Source of the DNA: Eledone cirrhosa
Lineage: Eukaryota
DNA length: 64,000 nucleotides
Reading direction: 5' to 3'
NCBI GenBank assembly: GCA_964016885.1
Contig: OZ024764.1
Location: 21,204,001-21,268,000 of the forward strand
The position numbers and the translations under genes were made by a program. Below are positions 23,176 to 39,606 of this stretch, one piece after another (positions within the stretch are counted from its first letter, which is position 1; each line of letters opens with the position of its first letter). Under the pieces are notes generated by a model, which searched no databases, was not told the origin of the DNA, and saw only the letters and a list, made by a program, of their open reading frames with translations.

Positions 23176-24281
23176 AGAAAGTATTAGAGGGAGACTCCAG
23201 CACCCCATGTGATGTGAGACTGATTGACAGAGTGTTGACTTAATATTTTCATTTGTTGTGATTCTATGTGAAATATATCTCTATGTAAGTAACTTGGTTA
23301 CGTGAATCATTGTGAATCTCGTAAATACTTAAACAGAAATCTACTTAGGACACAAAATAAAGCAGGTTCCATTGAACAAAGTATTTAATGAATGTATATC
23401 AAAAAGAAGGGTGGATGTAACGAGAGTTGTCTCCCCTGACATATGTAATACAGTAGTGTATGTTTGTGTTTGTGTTTCTCTCTCTATATATATATTTTTT
23501 ATGATCGACTTTTCGTCAAATCGGACCGAGGAAACAATGTTTCCATTGGTCTTTCCAATTGCTAATACTATCTATCGGTCGCAACTCCAGGTAGAAGGAG
23601 CAACGTGAAATAAAATGTCTTGCTCAAGGACATAACGAATCGCCCAGTCTGGGAATCGAACTCACAACCTCACAATTCCGAATCCAATTCTCTAACCACT
23701 CAGCCACACGCCTTCATATATATATATATATGAAAAAGATCTCGTTTTTTTACAAAAACAATATAAAATAATGGAAGGTGGAGAAGTTAAAACAGCTCAA
23801 CATACAGTAATTTATTATAATAAACACGACAAAAGACTGTCTCATACTTCTTTGAAAGATGTTTTCAAACAAACACGTGTACAAAATCCTATTGTGTTAA
23901 AAGTAATAATTACGTATGAAACAAATTATTCATTAAAGTAATTAGCAAATACGTTTTTATATATGGTGTCTAGCAAGGGGACCCACTCGCCTCACTCCTA
24001 TTGGTGATGACAGTTGACAACATGGTCTAGTTACCCCTGTCTGGTACCTAGATGACACAACCCAGGGTGGCCCGGCTGTGACAGGTTAAGGCACTTATGC
24101 CCCCTTGACCCAGACCCAAAGCTCAATTATTTGTTTTTTTGCTGCGAGGACTTTTGTATTTAGTTCTTTTATGACCCTTCTTTGAAATGTAGTCTTTGTG
24201 TCATATGGTGACCTCCTGGTAGTTAATGTAGCAGAACACACTGAAGGATATGCTGCCCTCCCTAGTGTTGGTAACCTACAT

Positions 24282-26269
24282 CAGACATGTCAAACATGCG
24301 GCCCTTGGCAAGCAAACCTGCGCCCCACACAAAGGTTTTTACAGTGCGAGCATGTTTCATTTTCGTAATATAAAATTTAAAACATTTTCGATACAATTAT
24401 TTTTTTTTGCAAATTTTGTCAACTACTTTTAACTTCCATTAATCACGTGGTTAGTGCTCCTCCAGCTAAGAGAAAAAGGAAATTGAACGAAGAAGGGAAA
24501 GTGTTTCAAGAAAAGTGGGAATTACAGTATTTTTGCCCAATGGTGAACAGAAAAATACACTGTTTAATTTGTAACAACTACATCTCCACGCCAAAAGAGT
24601 ACAATTTAAAAAGACATTATGAAACAAACCATCAATCTTACGATAAATATGAAGGCCCAATGTGTGTTTCAAGACTCAAGGAATTGAAGTCTAACTTGAC
24701 ACAGCAACAGACCTGTTTTATGTTAATTCAGGAAGAGGATGTCACTTCTGTTACTGCAAGCTATGAACTCAGTCAAATGATTGCCATGAGTGGGAAATCT
24801 TACAGTGAAGGAGATTTTGTAAAGCAATGTCTTGTAAAAACAGCTGAAATTGTCCGGAGAAAGCAGAGTTATTCAAAGACATTTCATTAACCAGGAACAC
24901 TGTTGCTGAACAGATTAATGAAATGTCAGGTGATCTGAAACAACAGTTAAAGGCTGTATCATCAAGGTTTGAACATGTTTCTATTGCTATTGAAGAGACT
25001 GTTGACATCACTGGAATAGTACAGCTTGCATTCTTCATCAGGGCCTGTGACTGTGAATTTAATATTTATGAAGAACTGATTGAACTGGTCCCCATGCATG
25101 ACACTATAACAAGCCAGGACATCTTTGAGAAGGTCAAGCAGGGTCTGCATGGTTTTGATCTGAGTAAACTTGCATGTTTATCTACTGACAGTGCTGCAAA
25201 TATGGTTGGTAGACATAATGGTGTTGCTGCCAAGTTACAAACAAAAATAGAAAACTCATATCTAGATTCATCATTTGCACATTTTCACTGTATTATTCAT
25301 CAGCAAAATTTATGTTCAAAGATTTTAAAATTGCATCATGTGCTTAGCTTGGTCACAAAGACAGTGAACTAAATCAGAGGCCGTGCTCTCAACCACCGTC
25401 AGTTCAGCCAGTTGTTGGAAGATATGGATAATCAGTTCACTGATGTTCCATTCTACACAGAAGTCTGCTGGTTGACATGTCACAAAGTGCTGAAAAGATT
25501 CTATTTGTTGAAATAATTATGTTTTTGGAGATGAAAGGTCAAAACACAGATGAAATAAAAGATGAAAGTTGGCTCCAACATCTGGCTTTATTTGTGGATA
25601 TTACTGCACAATTAACTGATCTTAATTTGAAATTACAAGGTAAAAACAAACCCATCACTCAGTTGTATGATGACATCAAGTTCTTCATTAGAAAACTTAG
25701 CTTATGGAAGTCTCCGTTGTCAGATGAAATTTAATTCATTTTCTTATGTGCAAAGAGCTGAAAATCACTGCCCATACTGAGTCTGTACTTAGCTTAACAA
25801 AAACTTCTCAGAGAACAAGGCTGACAGATCAACACTTGTCATTTCTGATTAAAGTTGGAACTGTACAGACATTTCAGCCAGACATACCAAACATTGTCAA
25901 CAGAAAGAAGTGTCAAGCCTCAGGACAAAACACTAAAAATGGTTGAATAGTAGCAAATAAATGTTCAGTTTTCAACTGTTGTTATTTGTGTACAATGTAT
26001 TTGTTGCTGTTACAATCTGCAAGTATATGTTGACATGTGAAATTTTATTTTTTTGTCAAACTACTTCATTACTTTGTATTCATGAATGCTGCTAAAACAT
26101 TTGTATGGACATTGTATGTTTCTAAATTTAAGTAACAAATCTTTCTGCAATATATTTTATTAAATGACTTTAATTAGTTGTTGTGTACATAATTAGTTGT
26201 AGTGTGCAACCCTCAGACAACACATGTGACCTATGTGGCCCTTGGGGAACCCTCAGTTTGTTATGCCTC
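24282..26269 (+). mobile_element. hAT transposon, duplicated copy with internal deletions
   Basis: Same ACCTACAT TSD and flanks as 1324-3655. ORF pieces at 24447-24890, 24923-25372 and 25477-25946; ~320-bp deletion at ~25795. Confidence 0.9.
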
Positions 26270-28081
26270 ACCTACATGATAAACACACCCAACACAGGCT
26301 GTAATGTGGTTTTTCATCTGAAGGACATCTAGCCATAGAAAGCTTGCCTGACAATAGGGTTGGAGAACCCTTCAATCATGACAAAGACATGACAACCTTT
26401 TCTGTGCACTCAGTAGCAAATGAGACCTTATGTAAATAAGTCTCAGATCCTTGGTCTGTCTGGGAGATCAGTAGCCTCACTTCAGTACTTACTTGGTTGA
26501 AGTAGACTCATTAAACCCTTGCTAGCAGGGAAATCCTGTCAGAAGTAACCCACCCCAACTGATCTGGCTGGATCTCCCAGAGAGACCAGCCAAGCTCATG
26601 GATGTTATGTGACCATCTTGCTCCAGTGTACCCCTGGGTCTCCTTGCTGGTTAGTTTTGCCTGTAAAATCTATCCAGTGATTCGTTCCTTCAAAGACCCT
26701 TCAGACGAATCCCATATCTGCCACTTGTATTCGCAATCATATTCTTTTGGTCATTACCCAAGATATGTGACCATAGGTAAGGGTTGGCACAAAAACCTAA
26801 TTGAAGACAGCAAGTTTGGCTTTTATACCTACTTCCCTTCTTCTGATTACTGAATATTGGAACTGGTGCATTACTGATATTTCACTGCCCACACTGCAAA
26901 GTGGTTGGGTAGGATATATGACAAAAAGCACCCAACCCACACTGCAAAGAACACACAGTCAACATTATAAGGTGGTCATGTAGGTGATATGACAAAAAGA
27001 AACCAGCCCACACTGTAAAGAACACACAGTCAACATTATAAGGTGGTCATGTAGGTGATATGACAAAAAGAAACCAGCCCACACTGTAAAGAACACACAG
27101 TCAACATTATAAGGTGGTCATGTAGGTGATATGACAAAAAGAAACCAGCCCACACTGTAAAGAACACACAGCCAATACTATAAACTGGTCATGTAGGTGA
27201 TATGACAAAAAGAAACCAGCCCACACTATAAAGCGGTTGCGTAGCTGTCACAGCAAAAAGCACCCAGCCCACACTGTAAAGTGGTCATGGAGGTGACAAC
27301 AAAAAGAACCCAGCCAAAATTTTAAAGTGGTCGTGTAGGTGTCACAACAAAAAGCACCCAGTCAAAACTGTAAAATGGTCATGTAGGTGTCACAACAAAA
27401 AGCACCCAGCCCACACTGTAAAGTGGTCATATAGGTGTCACAACAAAAAGCACCCAACGCACACTGTAAAGTGGTCGTGATGGTGAGATGGTAAAATGCA
27501 TCCAGTACTCAATGTAAATAAGGTTGGTGCTAGGAAGGGCATCCAGCTGTAGAAACCGATCCAAAATTTGTTCTGTAGGAGCCAGACATGGTCACCTGAC
27601 CTGGCCTTGCTTACAACAGGATAACTCGTCTAACCCATGCCAGCGTGAAAAAACTGTTGTTAAACAGTGATGATGATATAACATTTGTTTAATAATGAAT
27701 TCCAATCTCATTGTTAACAGCTATAGATGTCAGGATGTGAACCTTCTTACTGAAATATCTTCTCCATGTTAGTGGCTGAAGATTTAGAAAGCTTTCACAC
27801 AATAACAGTATTCCCTAACTTCTCCCCTAAAAAATACAAGACAAGCAGGGCCAGACTTTTACCTACTGAAGCCCTAAGCTATATGAAGTTAGAGGTTCTT
27901 CTCTAAAAATATATAATTATCTTTTATATTAATGTTAATGATAAAGAATAAATAATATAATAAATATACCACCATAGGTGCTGATGTGGGTAGCTGCTGG
28001 TGTGAGCCTCACGAGATGGAATGGCTCTTCCAGCACATCTAGAACAACATAACCCTCTAATATCTAGTATTTAGTAACAAA

Positions 28082-28410
28082 CTAGACCACCTGGAACCTG
28101 TTGGGTCACGTTGCCTTAAAATTATCTTTTAAGTTATTTAAAAATAATTTTTAAATAGTTAAAATATACACATACGTATATATACACACACACACACACA
28201 CATTTTATTAAACAACACCACCAGCGCCCACTCTCTCGCTCTCTCCCTATATTTATGAAGGTACCCAGAAAACCCCGTATCTTGGGAACCTGTGCTCCAA
28301 TTTATACAAAACTTGTTTTATTCCTTTCAAAGTATTTCCCCATTATGCACTGTTTTAGCTGTATTAAATTACGGACAAGACACAATCACAGAGTTTTAGT
28401 AGTATATAGA
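28082..28410 (-). mobile_element. Non-autonomous Helitron, compact copy
   Basis: A|TC...hairpin...CTAG|T termini without nested elements. Other copies at 34308-34674, 49180-49898 and 62211-62535. Confidence 0.8.
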
Positions 28411-30491
28411 TAATATAGCTTCAAATTAAAGTTAGTAAATGACAGTTTGGAGAAATTTGTAACATTTATTAAAGATTCCTCAAGTTTGTCAATTCTATAG
28501 CACAATAGTTTGTTAGTTAAAGTGTTTAGTTAGATGTTCTACATATAAAGAAGAGAGAATACTTTACCACAAATATTACAGTGGTATAATGATTTTCCCA
28601 TCTCTTCTGGAAAATATTCCTATGTTGATGTAAATATTTCTATTGTTCATAATTTTATCAAATGTGATCTTTGTCAATATCCAAATATTTTGAAAACACC
28701 TTTGTAAATATCCAAAGTTTAATCAGAATGTAAAATCATCTTGTAAATATTCCAGACAGTGAAAAAGGAATATGTTGTTATTTATCTCAATTCAGAAGAA
28801 ATATTTCACCATAATTCACCACAGACTAAACAAGTTTATATCACTTGAATGTAACATCTTTCTGTTGTCTTTAAAAGACTCTTTTCTGTCAAGGTCATGT
28901 GATATTCTGAAATAGTAGAGAAACATTATTAAGATATTTAGAAAATAGAGATACAACAGTGAAAACTTTACTACATCTCTATATTAATAGATATAAACCT
29001 TACATGGTGACACAAACACTGCAACACTAACTTACAGGAAAGCATCTAGTTACTTGATCTAGTTACTTCAATCAGGTGAAGAGATAAACTAGATTGACTT
29101 CATTCTCATCAGAAAACAGGATAGACAGATGGTTGGGAATATTAACTCCTTTACTGGAGAAGGACGTACCACTCAACATAGACTAGATACTAGGTGTAAT
29201 ATCTAGAGGGACTGATAGATGCGAGACTATAAGGAGAAAGAAGGGTTGGAGAGTAAAAGATCTCCCTGTTTAATATAAGATTTAGAGGGACTGTGAGAGG
29301 TACAAGACAACCTAGAGAAAGAGGTAGAGATGGTAAAAGATCCCACTCGAGGTAAGACTGCCTCAGAAAGTATTAGAGGGAGACTCCGGCACCCCATGTG
29401 ATGTGAGACTGATTGACAGAGTGTTGACTTAATATTTTCATTTGTTGTGATTCTATGTGAAATATATCTCTATGTAAGTAACTTGGTTACGTGAATCATT
29501 GTGAATCTCGTAAATACTTAAACAGAAATCTACTTAGGACACAAAATAAAGTAGATTCCATTGAACAAAGTATTTAAAGAACGTATATCAAAAAAAAGGG
29601 GGAATGTAACGAGAATTGTCTCCCCTTACATATGTTTTACAGTAGTGTACGTTTGTGTGTTTCTCTCTCTCTCTATATCTATATATATAAATATATATAT
29701 TTTTTTTACGATCGACTTTTCGTCAAATCGGACCGAGGAAACAATGTTTCCATTGGTCTTTCCAATTGCTAATACTATCTATCGGTCGCAACTCCAGAAG
29801 ACTGCAAAAGACTGTCTCATACTTCTTTGAAAGATGTTTTCAAAAAAACACGTGTACAAAATCCTATTGTGTTAAAAGTAATAATTACGTATGAAACAAA
29901 TTATTCACTAAAGTAATTAGCAAATACGTTTTTATATATGGTGTCTAGCAAGGGGACCCACTCGCCTCACTCCTATTGGTGGTGACAGTTGACAACATGG
30001 TCTAGTTACCCCTGTCTGGTATCTAGATGACACAACCCAGGGTGACTCAGCTGAGACAGGCTAAGGCCTCTCTATACCCCAGTATATTACAGTCCAACAT
30101 AACTGGGATGACATCATTTGTAGGTATCTTCACACTGGTCACCATTGAGACCTCAGAAGTATTTAGACCCCGTACTGCCAAGCTCCTCTGTAAGATCAGA
30201 ACGTTGGTGGCCCTTCTGAAGAGGGAGTCCCATGAGGTTGGGGTGGCTGTAACTGTCCATCGTCCGGGGCGAATACTTTTGCAGTCTTATCCACAGGGCG
30301 CAGCACTTCTGCCCCTTGACCTAGACCCAAAGCTCAATAATTTGCTTTTTGATGCGAGGACTTTCGTATTTAGTTCTTTTATGACCCTTCTTTGAAATGT
30401 AGTCTTTGACTCATGTGGTGACCTCCTGGTAGTTAATGTAGCAGAACACACTGAAGGATATGCTGCCCTCCCTAGTGTTGGTAACCTACAT

Positions 30492-32515
30492 CAGACATGT
30501 CAAACATGCGGCCCTTTGCAAGCAAACCTGCGGCCCACACAAAGGTTTTTACAGTGCGACCATGTTTCATTTTCGTAATATAAAATTTAAAACATTTTCA
30601 ATACAATTATTTTTTTTGGTGCAAATTTTGTCAACTACTTTTAACTTCCATTAATCACGTGCAGCTCATTAACAGAAAACTTTCTTTCAAAATTTCAAAT
30701 GATTTTGTTTTTGAAATGGTTAGTTCTCCTCCAGCTAAGAGAAAAAGGAAAGTGAACGAAGAAGGGCAAGTGTTTCAAGAAAAGTGGGAATTACAGTATT
30801 TTTGCCCAATGGTGAACAGAAAGATACACTGTTTAATTTGCAACAACTACATCTCCACGACAAAAGAGTACAATTTAAAAAGACATTATGAAACAAACCC
30901 TCGATCTTACGATAAATATGAAAGCCCAATGTGTGTTTCAAGACTCAAGGAATTGAAGTCTAACTTGACACAGCAATAGACCTGTTTTATGTTAATTCAG
31001 GAAGAGAATGTCACTTCCGTTACTGCAAGCTATGAACTCAGTCGAATGATTGCCATGAGTGGGAAATCTTACAGTGAAGGAGACTTTGTAAAGCAATGTC
31101 TTGTAAAAACAGCTGAAATTGTCCAGAGAAAGCAGTGTTATTCAAAGACATTTCATTAACAGGAACACTGTTGCTGAACAGATTAATGAAATGTCAGGTG
31201 ATCTGAAACAACAGTTAAAGGCTGTATCATCAAGGTTTGAACATGTTTCTATTGCTATTGAAGAGACTGTTGACATCACTGGAATAGTACAGATTGCATT
31301 CTTCATCAGGGCCTGTGACTGTGAATTTAATATTTATGAAGAACTGATTGAACTGGTCCCCATGCATGACACTATAACAAGCCAGGACATCTTTGAGAAG
31401 GTCAAGCAGTGACTGCATGGTTTTGATCTGAGTAATCTTGCATGTTTATCTACTGACAGTGCTGCAAATATGGTTGGTAGACATAATGGTGTTGCTGCCA
31501 AGTTACAAACAAAAATAGAAACCTCATATCTAGATTCATCATTTGCACATTTTCACTATTATTCATCAGCAAAATTTATGTTCAAAGATTTTAAAATTGC
31601 ATCATGTGCTTAGCTTGGTCACAAAGACAGTGAACTAAATCAGAGGCCATGCTCTCAACCACCGTCAGTTCAGCCAGTTGTTGGAAGATATGGATAATCA
31701 GTTCACCGATGTTCCATTCTACACAGAAGTCTGCTGGTTGACATGTCACAAAGTGCTGAAAAGATTCTATTTGTTGAAATAATTATGTTTTTGGAGATGA
31801 AAGGTCAAAACACAGATGAAATAAAAGATGAAAGTTGGCTCCAACATCTGGCTTTTGTTGTGGATATTACTGCACAATTAACTGATCTTAATTTGAAATT
31901 ACAAGGTAAAAACAAACCCATCACTCAGTTGTATGATGACATCAAGTTCTTCATTAGAAAACTTAGCTTATGGAAGTCTCCGTTGTCAGATGAAAATTTA
32001 ATACATTTTCCTATGTGCAAAGAGCTGAAAATCACTGCCCATACTGAGTCTGTACTTAGCTTAACAAAAACTTCTCAGAGAACAAGGCTGACAGATCAAC
32101 ACTTGTCATTTCTGATTAAAGTTGGAACTGTACAGACATTTCAGCCAGATATACCAAAAATAGTCAACAGAAAGAAGTGTCAAGCCTCAGGACAAAAGAC
32201 TAAAAATGGTTGAATAGTAGCAAATAAATGTTCAGTTTTCAACTATTGTTATTTGTGTACAATGTATTTGTTGCTGTTACAATCTGCAAGTATATGTTGA
32301 CATGTTAAATTTTAGTTTTTTGTCAAACTACTTCATTACTTTGTATTCATGAATGCTGCTAAAACATTTGTATGTACATTGTATGTTTCTAAATTTAAGT
32401 AACAAATCTTTCTGCAATATATTTTATTAAATGACTACTTAGTTGTCGTGTGCAACCCTCAGACAACACATGTGACTTATGTGGCCCTTGGGGAACCCTC
32501 AGTTTGTTATGCCTC
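30492..32515 (+). mobile_element. hAT transposon, duplicated copy
   Basis: Same TSD; shares the AGCTTAACAAAAAC deletion junction with copy B. Confidence 0.9.
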
Positions 32516-35500
32516 ACCTACATGATAAACACACCCAACACAGGCTGTAATGTGGTTGGTCATGTGAAGGACATCTAGCTATAGAAAGCTTGCCCAACAA
32601 TAGTGTCGGAGAAGCCTTCAATCATGACAAAGACATGACAACCTTTTCTGTGCACTCAGTAGCAAATGAGACCTTATGTAAGTAAGTCTCAGATCCTTGG
32701 TCTGTCTGGGAGATCAGTAGCCTCACTTCAGTACTTACTTGGTTGAAGTAGACTCATTAAACCCTTGCTAGCAGGGAAATCTGATGTTGATTATGTAACC
32801 TCAACCTCTGCTTAATAACCCACTTATTCCAGAGAGGGTCTTGGGGGCAGAGTCCTCAAACACTCCCCCCAACAGGTCCTGTCAGAAGCAACCCACTCCA
32901 ACTGGTCTGGCTGGATCTCCCAGAGAGACCAGCCAAGCTCATGGATGTTATGTGACCATCTTGCTCAGGTCTACCCCTGGGTCTCCTGCCGGTTAGTTTT
33001 GCCTGTAAAATCTATCCAGTGATTCTTTCCTCAGACATTCTAACCACATGGCCATAGTATTGCAGCTGTGATCTCTCAATTAGGAGAAGTAACAGCTCCA
33101 CCTGGAGTGACTCTCTGATCTCAGAGCTATGCACTTTATTGAGAAACGTTCCTTCAAAGACCCTTCAGAGGAATCCCATATCTGCCATTTGTATTCCCAA
33201 TCATATTCTTTTGGTCATTACCCAAGATATGTGACCATAGGTAAGGGTTGGCACAAAAACCTAATTGAAGACAGCAAGTTTGGCTTTTATGCCTACCTCC
33301 CTTCTTCTGATTAGTGAATTAGAGCTGGTGCATTACTGATATTTCACTGCCCACACTGCAAAGTGGTTGGGTAGGAGATATGACAAGAAGCACCCAACCC
33401 ACACTATAGAGAATACACAGTCAACATTATAAGGTGGTCATGTAGGTGATATGACAAAAAGAAACCAGCCCACACTGTAAAGAACACACAGTCAACATTA
33501 TAAGGTGGTCATGTAGGTGATATGACAAAAAGAAACCAGTCCACACTGTAAAGTGGTCATGTAGGTGACAACAAAAAGTACCCAGCCCAAACTTTAAAGG
33601 GGTCGTGTAGGTGTCACAACAAAAAGTACCCAGTCCACACTATAAAGTGGTCATGTATGTGTCACAACAAAAAGCACCCAGCCTACACTGTAAAGTGGTC
33701 CTGATGGTGAGATGATAAAATGCACCCAGTACTCAATGTAAATAAGGTTGGTGCTAGGAAGGGCATCCAGCTGCAGAAACCAAACCAAAATTTGTTCTGT
33801 AGGAGCAACACATTATCACCTGACCTGGCTTTGCTTACAACAGGATAACTCGTCTAACCCATGCCAGCGTGAAAAAACTGATGTTAAACAGTGATGATGA
33901 TATAACATTTGTTTAATAATGAATTCCAATCTCATTGTTAACAGCTATAGATGTCAGATGTGAACCTTCTTACTGAAATATCTTCTCCATGTTAGTGGTT
34001 GAAGAAGATTTAGAAAACTTTCACACAATAACCGTATTCCCTAACTTCTCCCCTAAAAAATACAAGACAAGCAGGGCCAGACTTTTACCTACTGAAGCCC
34101 TAAGCTATATGAAATTAGAGGTTCTTCTCTGAAAATATATAATTATCTTTTATATTAATGTTAATGATAAAGAATAAATAATATAATAAATATACCACCA
34201 TAGGTGCTGAGGTGGCTAGCTGCTGGTGTGAGCCTCACAAGATAGAATGGCTCTTCCAGCACATCTAGAACAACATGACCCTGTAATATCTAGTATTTAG
34301 TAACAAACTAGACCACCCGGGACCTGTTGGGTCACGTTCCCTTAAAACTATTTTTTAAAAGTCATTTAAAAATGATTTTTAATTAGTTAAAATATACACA
34401 TACGTATATATATATATACACACACACACATTTTATTAAACAACACCACCAGCTCTCCCTCTCTCTCTTCCATCTGTCTCCTCACTCTCACAAACACTAT
34501 CTCTTTCTCTCCCTATATATATCAAGGTACCCAGAAATCCCCGTATCTTGGGAACCTGTGCTCCAATTTATACAAAAATTGTTTTATTCCTTTCAAAGTA
34601 TTTCCCCATTATGCACTGTTTTAGCTGTATTAAATTAGACAAGACACAATTAGAGAGTTTTAGTAGTATATAGATAACATAGCTTCAAATTAAAGTTAGT
34701 AAACGACAGTTTGGAGAAATCTGTAACATTTATTAAACATTGCTCAAGTTTGTCAATTTTATAGCACAATAGTTTGTTAGTTAAAGTGTTTAGTTAGATG
34801 TTCTACATATAAAGAAGAGAGAATACTTTACCACAAATATTAGTGGTATATGATTTTCCCATCTCTTCTGGAAAATATTCCTATGTTGATGTAAATATTT
34901 CTATTGTTCATAATTTTACCAAATGTGATCTTTGTCAATATCCAAATATTTTGAAAACTCCTTTGTAAATATCCAAAATTTAATCAGAATGTAAAATCAT
35001 CTTGTAAATATTCCAGACAGTGAAAAAGGAAAATGTTGTTATTTATCTCAATTCAGAAGAAATATTTCACCATAATTCACCACAGACTAAACAAGTTTAT
35101 ATCACTTGTATGTAACATCTTTCTGTTGTCTTTAAAAGACTCTTTTCTGTCAAGGTCATGTGATATTCTGAAATAGTAGAGAAACATTATTAAGATATTT
35201 AGAAAGTAGAGATACAACAGTGAAAACTTTACTACATCTCTATATTAAGAGATATAAACCTTACATGGTGACACAAACACTGCAACACTAACTTACAGGA
35301 AAACATCTAGTTACTTGATCTAGTTACTTCAATCAGGTGAAGAGATAAACTAGATTGACTTCATTCTCATCAGAAAACAGGATAGACAGATGGTTGGGAA
35401 TATTAACTCCTTTACTGGAGAAGGACGTACCACTCAACATAGACTAGATACTAGGTGTAAGATCTAGAGGGACTGACAGATACAAGACTATCTGGAGATA

Positions 35501-36357
35501 GAAGGGTTGGAGAGTAAAAGATCTCCCTGTTAAATATAAGATCTACTGGGACTGTGAGAGTGGTACAAGACAACCTAGAGAAAAGGGTAAGGACAGTAAA
35601 ATATCTCCGTTAAATATAAGATCTAGAGGGACTGTGAGAGAGGTACAAGACAACCTAGAGAAAAGGGTAGGGATAGTAAAAGATCTCCCTGTTAAATATA
35701 AATTCAGAGATGTTCTACATGATACATATGATAAGGAGGAGGAGATTGATAGCTATGACATAGAAAATATCTGGAAGTTTCTTTCAGACAGCCTGTTGTG
35801 AACCACTGATGAGATCTGGAGTTGATGTAAGCTGCCAGCAAGATGAATGTTGCCTTGGTGATGGAATAGTACAGTAGATAGAAGTTGAAATCTAAAAGAC
35901 CTGAAGAGACAGGAGGGGAACAACAATATCAAATAGTTAAAATGGAAGCTAGATATTAGGCTTACAAGTTATTGATTTCTGTTGTTATTGTTAAAATCTG
36001 TTTAATCTGTGATATTTGAGACAATGTACAGGACAATAGAATTAATATCAATGTCTGACTAACAACAACAAAAGTTTTCATTTTATTGGCAGGTTTAAAT
36101 TACAGAAGTTCCCAAACCTTTACTAAAAATACAAATATATATCTTACCTGTCAAAGTATAATAAATCAAAGTTTAATGTGAAAAACTTTAATTTACACAA
36201 AATCTTCAAACACGGCTTCAAAAATAGAAACCTGGTGTTTATGATCCCTGTCCTAGGTAAAACCTACAAGGTTGACCCCAGTTTTAGCAAGGATGATGGA
36301 TCTACACATTTGTTGTTGTTGTTGTAGTATGATGTAATGAGTTTGATATTGATACAG

Positions 36358-37155
<798 letters not shown>

Positions 37156-39606
37156 TCAATCACCTCAGTTTCTCACATAATTCACAATTTTAATATTTTT
37201 CTCCTCGCAATATATGGATATTTTTCTTCGTTATGTTTATAATATTATTCCTAAAACAAATTCCTCCAGATATACTTCTATCAACTTTGGTCTTTCTTTA
37301 TATTTAAAGATGATACAAACTGTTTGGTAGATCTCTTCAAGTTTAATATACATATAAAATCATCTTGTACATATTCCAGACAATGAAGAATCTAATTTTT
37401 CTGGTTTTTATTTGATTAGTTATTCTTGTAATAATGGAAATATTTCTACTCCTGTAGTTCCATCTACTATCAACTTTGTCAATATATGAAGATCTTACAA
37501 AGAATATTTTTCAGTATTTCTCCCATAGATTTATATAAACAAGGTTGTATCTGTTCTGTATAACAGCTTCGTTTAGTCTTTAAATAATGGTGTTTATGAA
37601 ACAACTGATATAAAAGTGTTTTATCCTTTTCATATCAGTCTTTATATTTATCTAAAAACTTTCCATTGTAACTTCATAAAATTGTGCAAAGTTATGTTCC
37701 AAATAGCAGCTTAATACTGAGAACTTTAGTTATATTACTAAATCCCTTCAAATTTTTGATTGTTTTCAAAATTTATTTGAAAATGATGGGTAGTGTCTTT
37801 CATTAGAAATGGTTAATGTTGAGGATATGTCTGATGTAACGTGCTCTTTAATGCCAATGTCCTCTGGTATTCTGAAATAATAAAAGAACATTATAAGATA
37901 CTCAGAAACTTGTAATACATCAGTACAAATTTCATATAATATTTCTATATTGATAAATGGACTGTAATAAATACTAAGGCCTTCCTTGGTGAAGAATGTG
38001 CTGACTGACATAGGTTAGTTATTAGTGACATTAGATTATACTGACTGATAAAAGTAGTTATTAGTGACATTAGATTATACTGACTGATAAAAGTAGTTAT
38101 TAGTGACAGTAGATTATACTGACTGATAAAAGTAGTTATTAGTGATATCAGATTAACCCTTTAGTATTCACATTACTCTATATTTACTATTATATTTTCA
38201 CAGTAAATGCTTTATCTCACATAATATCAAATCTATGAAATTTTGATGTTACTTATTTGGAGAACAATACCTTAACATAAGTATAAGTGACCAGTAACGG
38301 CCAAATTGAACAGAAAGATACGAGACAATTCTGGCCAGATATGGCCAGTTTATATACTAAAGGATTAAGGAAATTAGGTGTAGAAGAATGGCTTGTGAGA
38401 AGCTGTCAGTAAAGTGTGTTTAGTGAGGAATTGAAGATACAGGTAGGAGTTCATCATGGTTTAGTTCTTAGCCCACTGTTGTTCATCATAGTTCTCCTAG
38501 CCATAACAGAGAGGTTTAAGACTGGCTGTCTATGGAAACTTCTCTATGTAGATGACCAGCTATAGATATAGAATTTTAAATGGTAAGTTCTGAGAATATA
38601 CTTAGCCAAAACTAAAGTGCTAATGGATAGGAGAGAAGACCCTGACACCTTCAGGAAAGTGGCCCTGCTCCATATGTAGAAAAGGAATAAATAGAGATAA
38701 CCACAATGACAGAGACCTAATTATAATAGCAGGGGACTTCAATGGTCATGTTGGACAGCTCCAGGATGGATATTCTGGGGTACATGGTGGTCATGGTTAT
38801 GGCTCAAGAAACGATGAAGGAGTGAGGCTTCTTGTGATGCAAGTGAACTAACCATTTTCAACACTTCAAGAAACCTACCAACCACCTAATAACCTACCAA
38901 TCAGGTGAACACATGAGACAGATTTACTTCTTGCTAATTAGGCAGTAAGAGAGACAGATGGTGTCAAATACTAAGGCATACCCCAGGGAACAAAGTAGCA
39001 GGAAACGACTAGATTTGTAGATAAAGAAGTGGGAGACAGGATTATCGGAGTTTAGAAGAGCTACACACTTCTCCAGTTGGCTGGGAAATAATTATCTTTC
39101 CTTAATTTTATTTCTCGACCTCTTAGATGTTTGCAATCGACTTTTCTTCCTGAAAACGGAAACCCTAATCCTAATACTGGGAAATAAAACGTCTATTGCA
39201 AGTATCTAAGGGGTCTATAGAAAAAATACTGTAAAAGGGGTATAGCAAGAATTATAAGAAAAATAATTATTCCCACCCAACGTGAGGTGTGAGTAGATCT
39301 GTGAAACTACATCTCTTTGTATACTTTCACCCTACTTTTTCTACAAATCTAGTTGTTTCCGTGAGGGTACCTGGTTATTTCAGCACCGTAGCCTCACCTT
39401 ACTGAGGTGTCAGGTGATATCCGTAAGAGTACCTGGTTATCTCAGCACCTTAGCCTCACCTTACAGAGGCGTCAGGTGATACCCGTGAGGGTACCTGGTT
39501 ATTTCAGCACCTTAGCCTCACCATCACCCGTTGTAATGCTGCCAGTGTGTTGGCTTGCCTCAAAGTGTGTAGTTAACCCCTAGGGTGTGAGGTGTGGCCT
39601 ATTATC

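Larger units (their letters stand above)
1..23194. repeat. Segmental duplication copy A (long, ZNF-bearing)
   Basis: Marker CTCCGGCACCCCATGTGATGTGAGACTG recurs at 1, 23195, 29384, 44355, 58950 and 63506, each followed by colinear sequence. Phase is arbitrary (set by the window start). Confidence 0.95.
23195..29383. repeat. Segmental duplication copy B (truncated, no ZNF)
   Basis: Colinear with A up to the 82-bp minisatellite, then jumps at ~29343 to the end of the unit. Confidence 0.93.

Noticed and set aside
35800-35850. Hammerhead ribozyme at CTGATGAG
   Set aside because: No stem II followed by GAAA and no matching cleavage-site helices seen.
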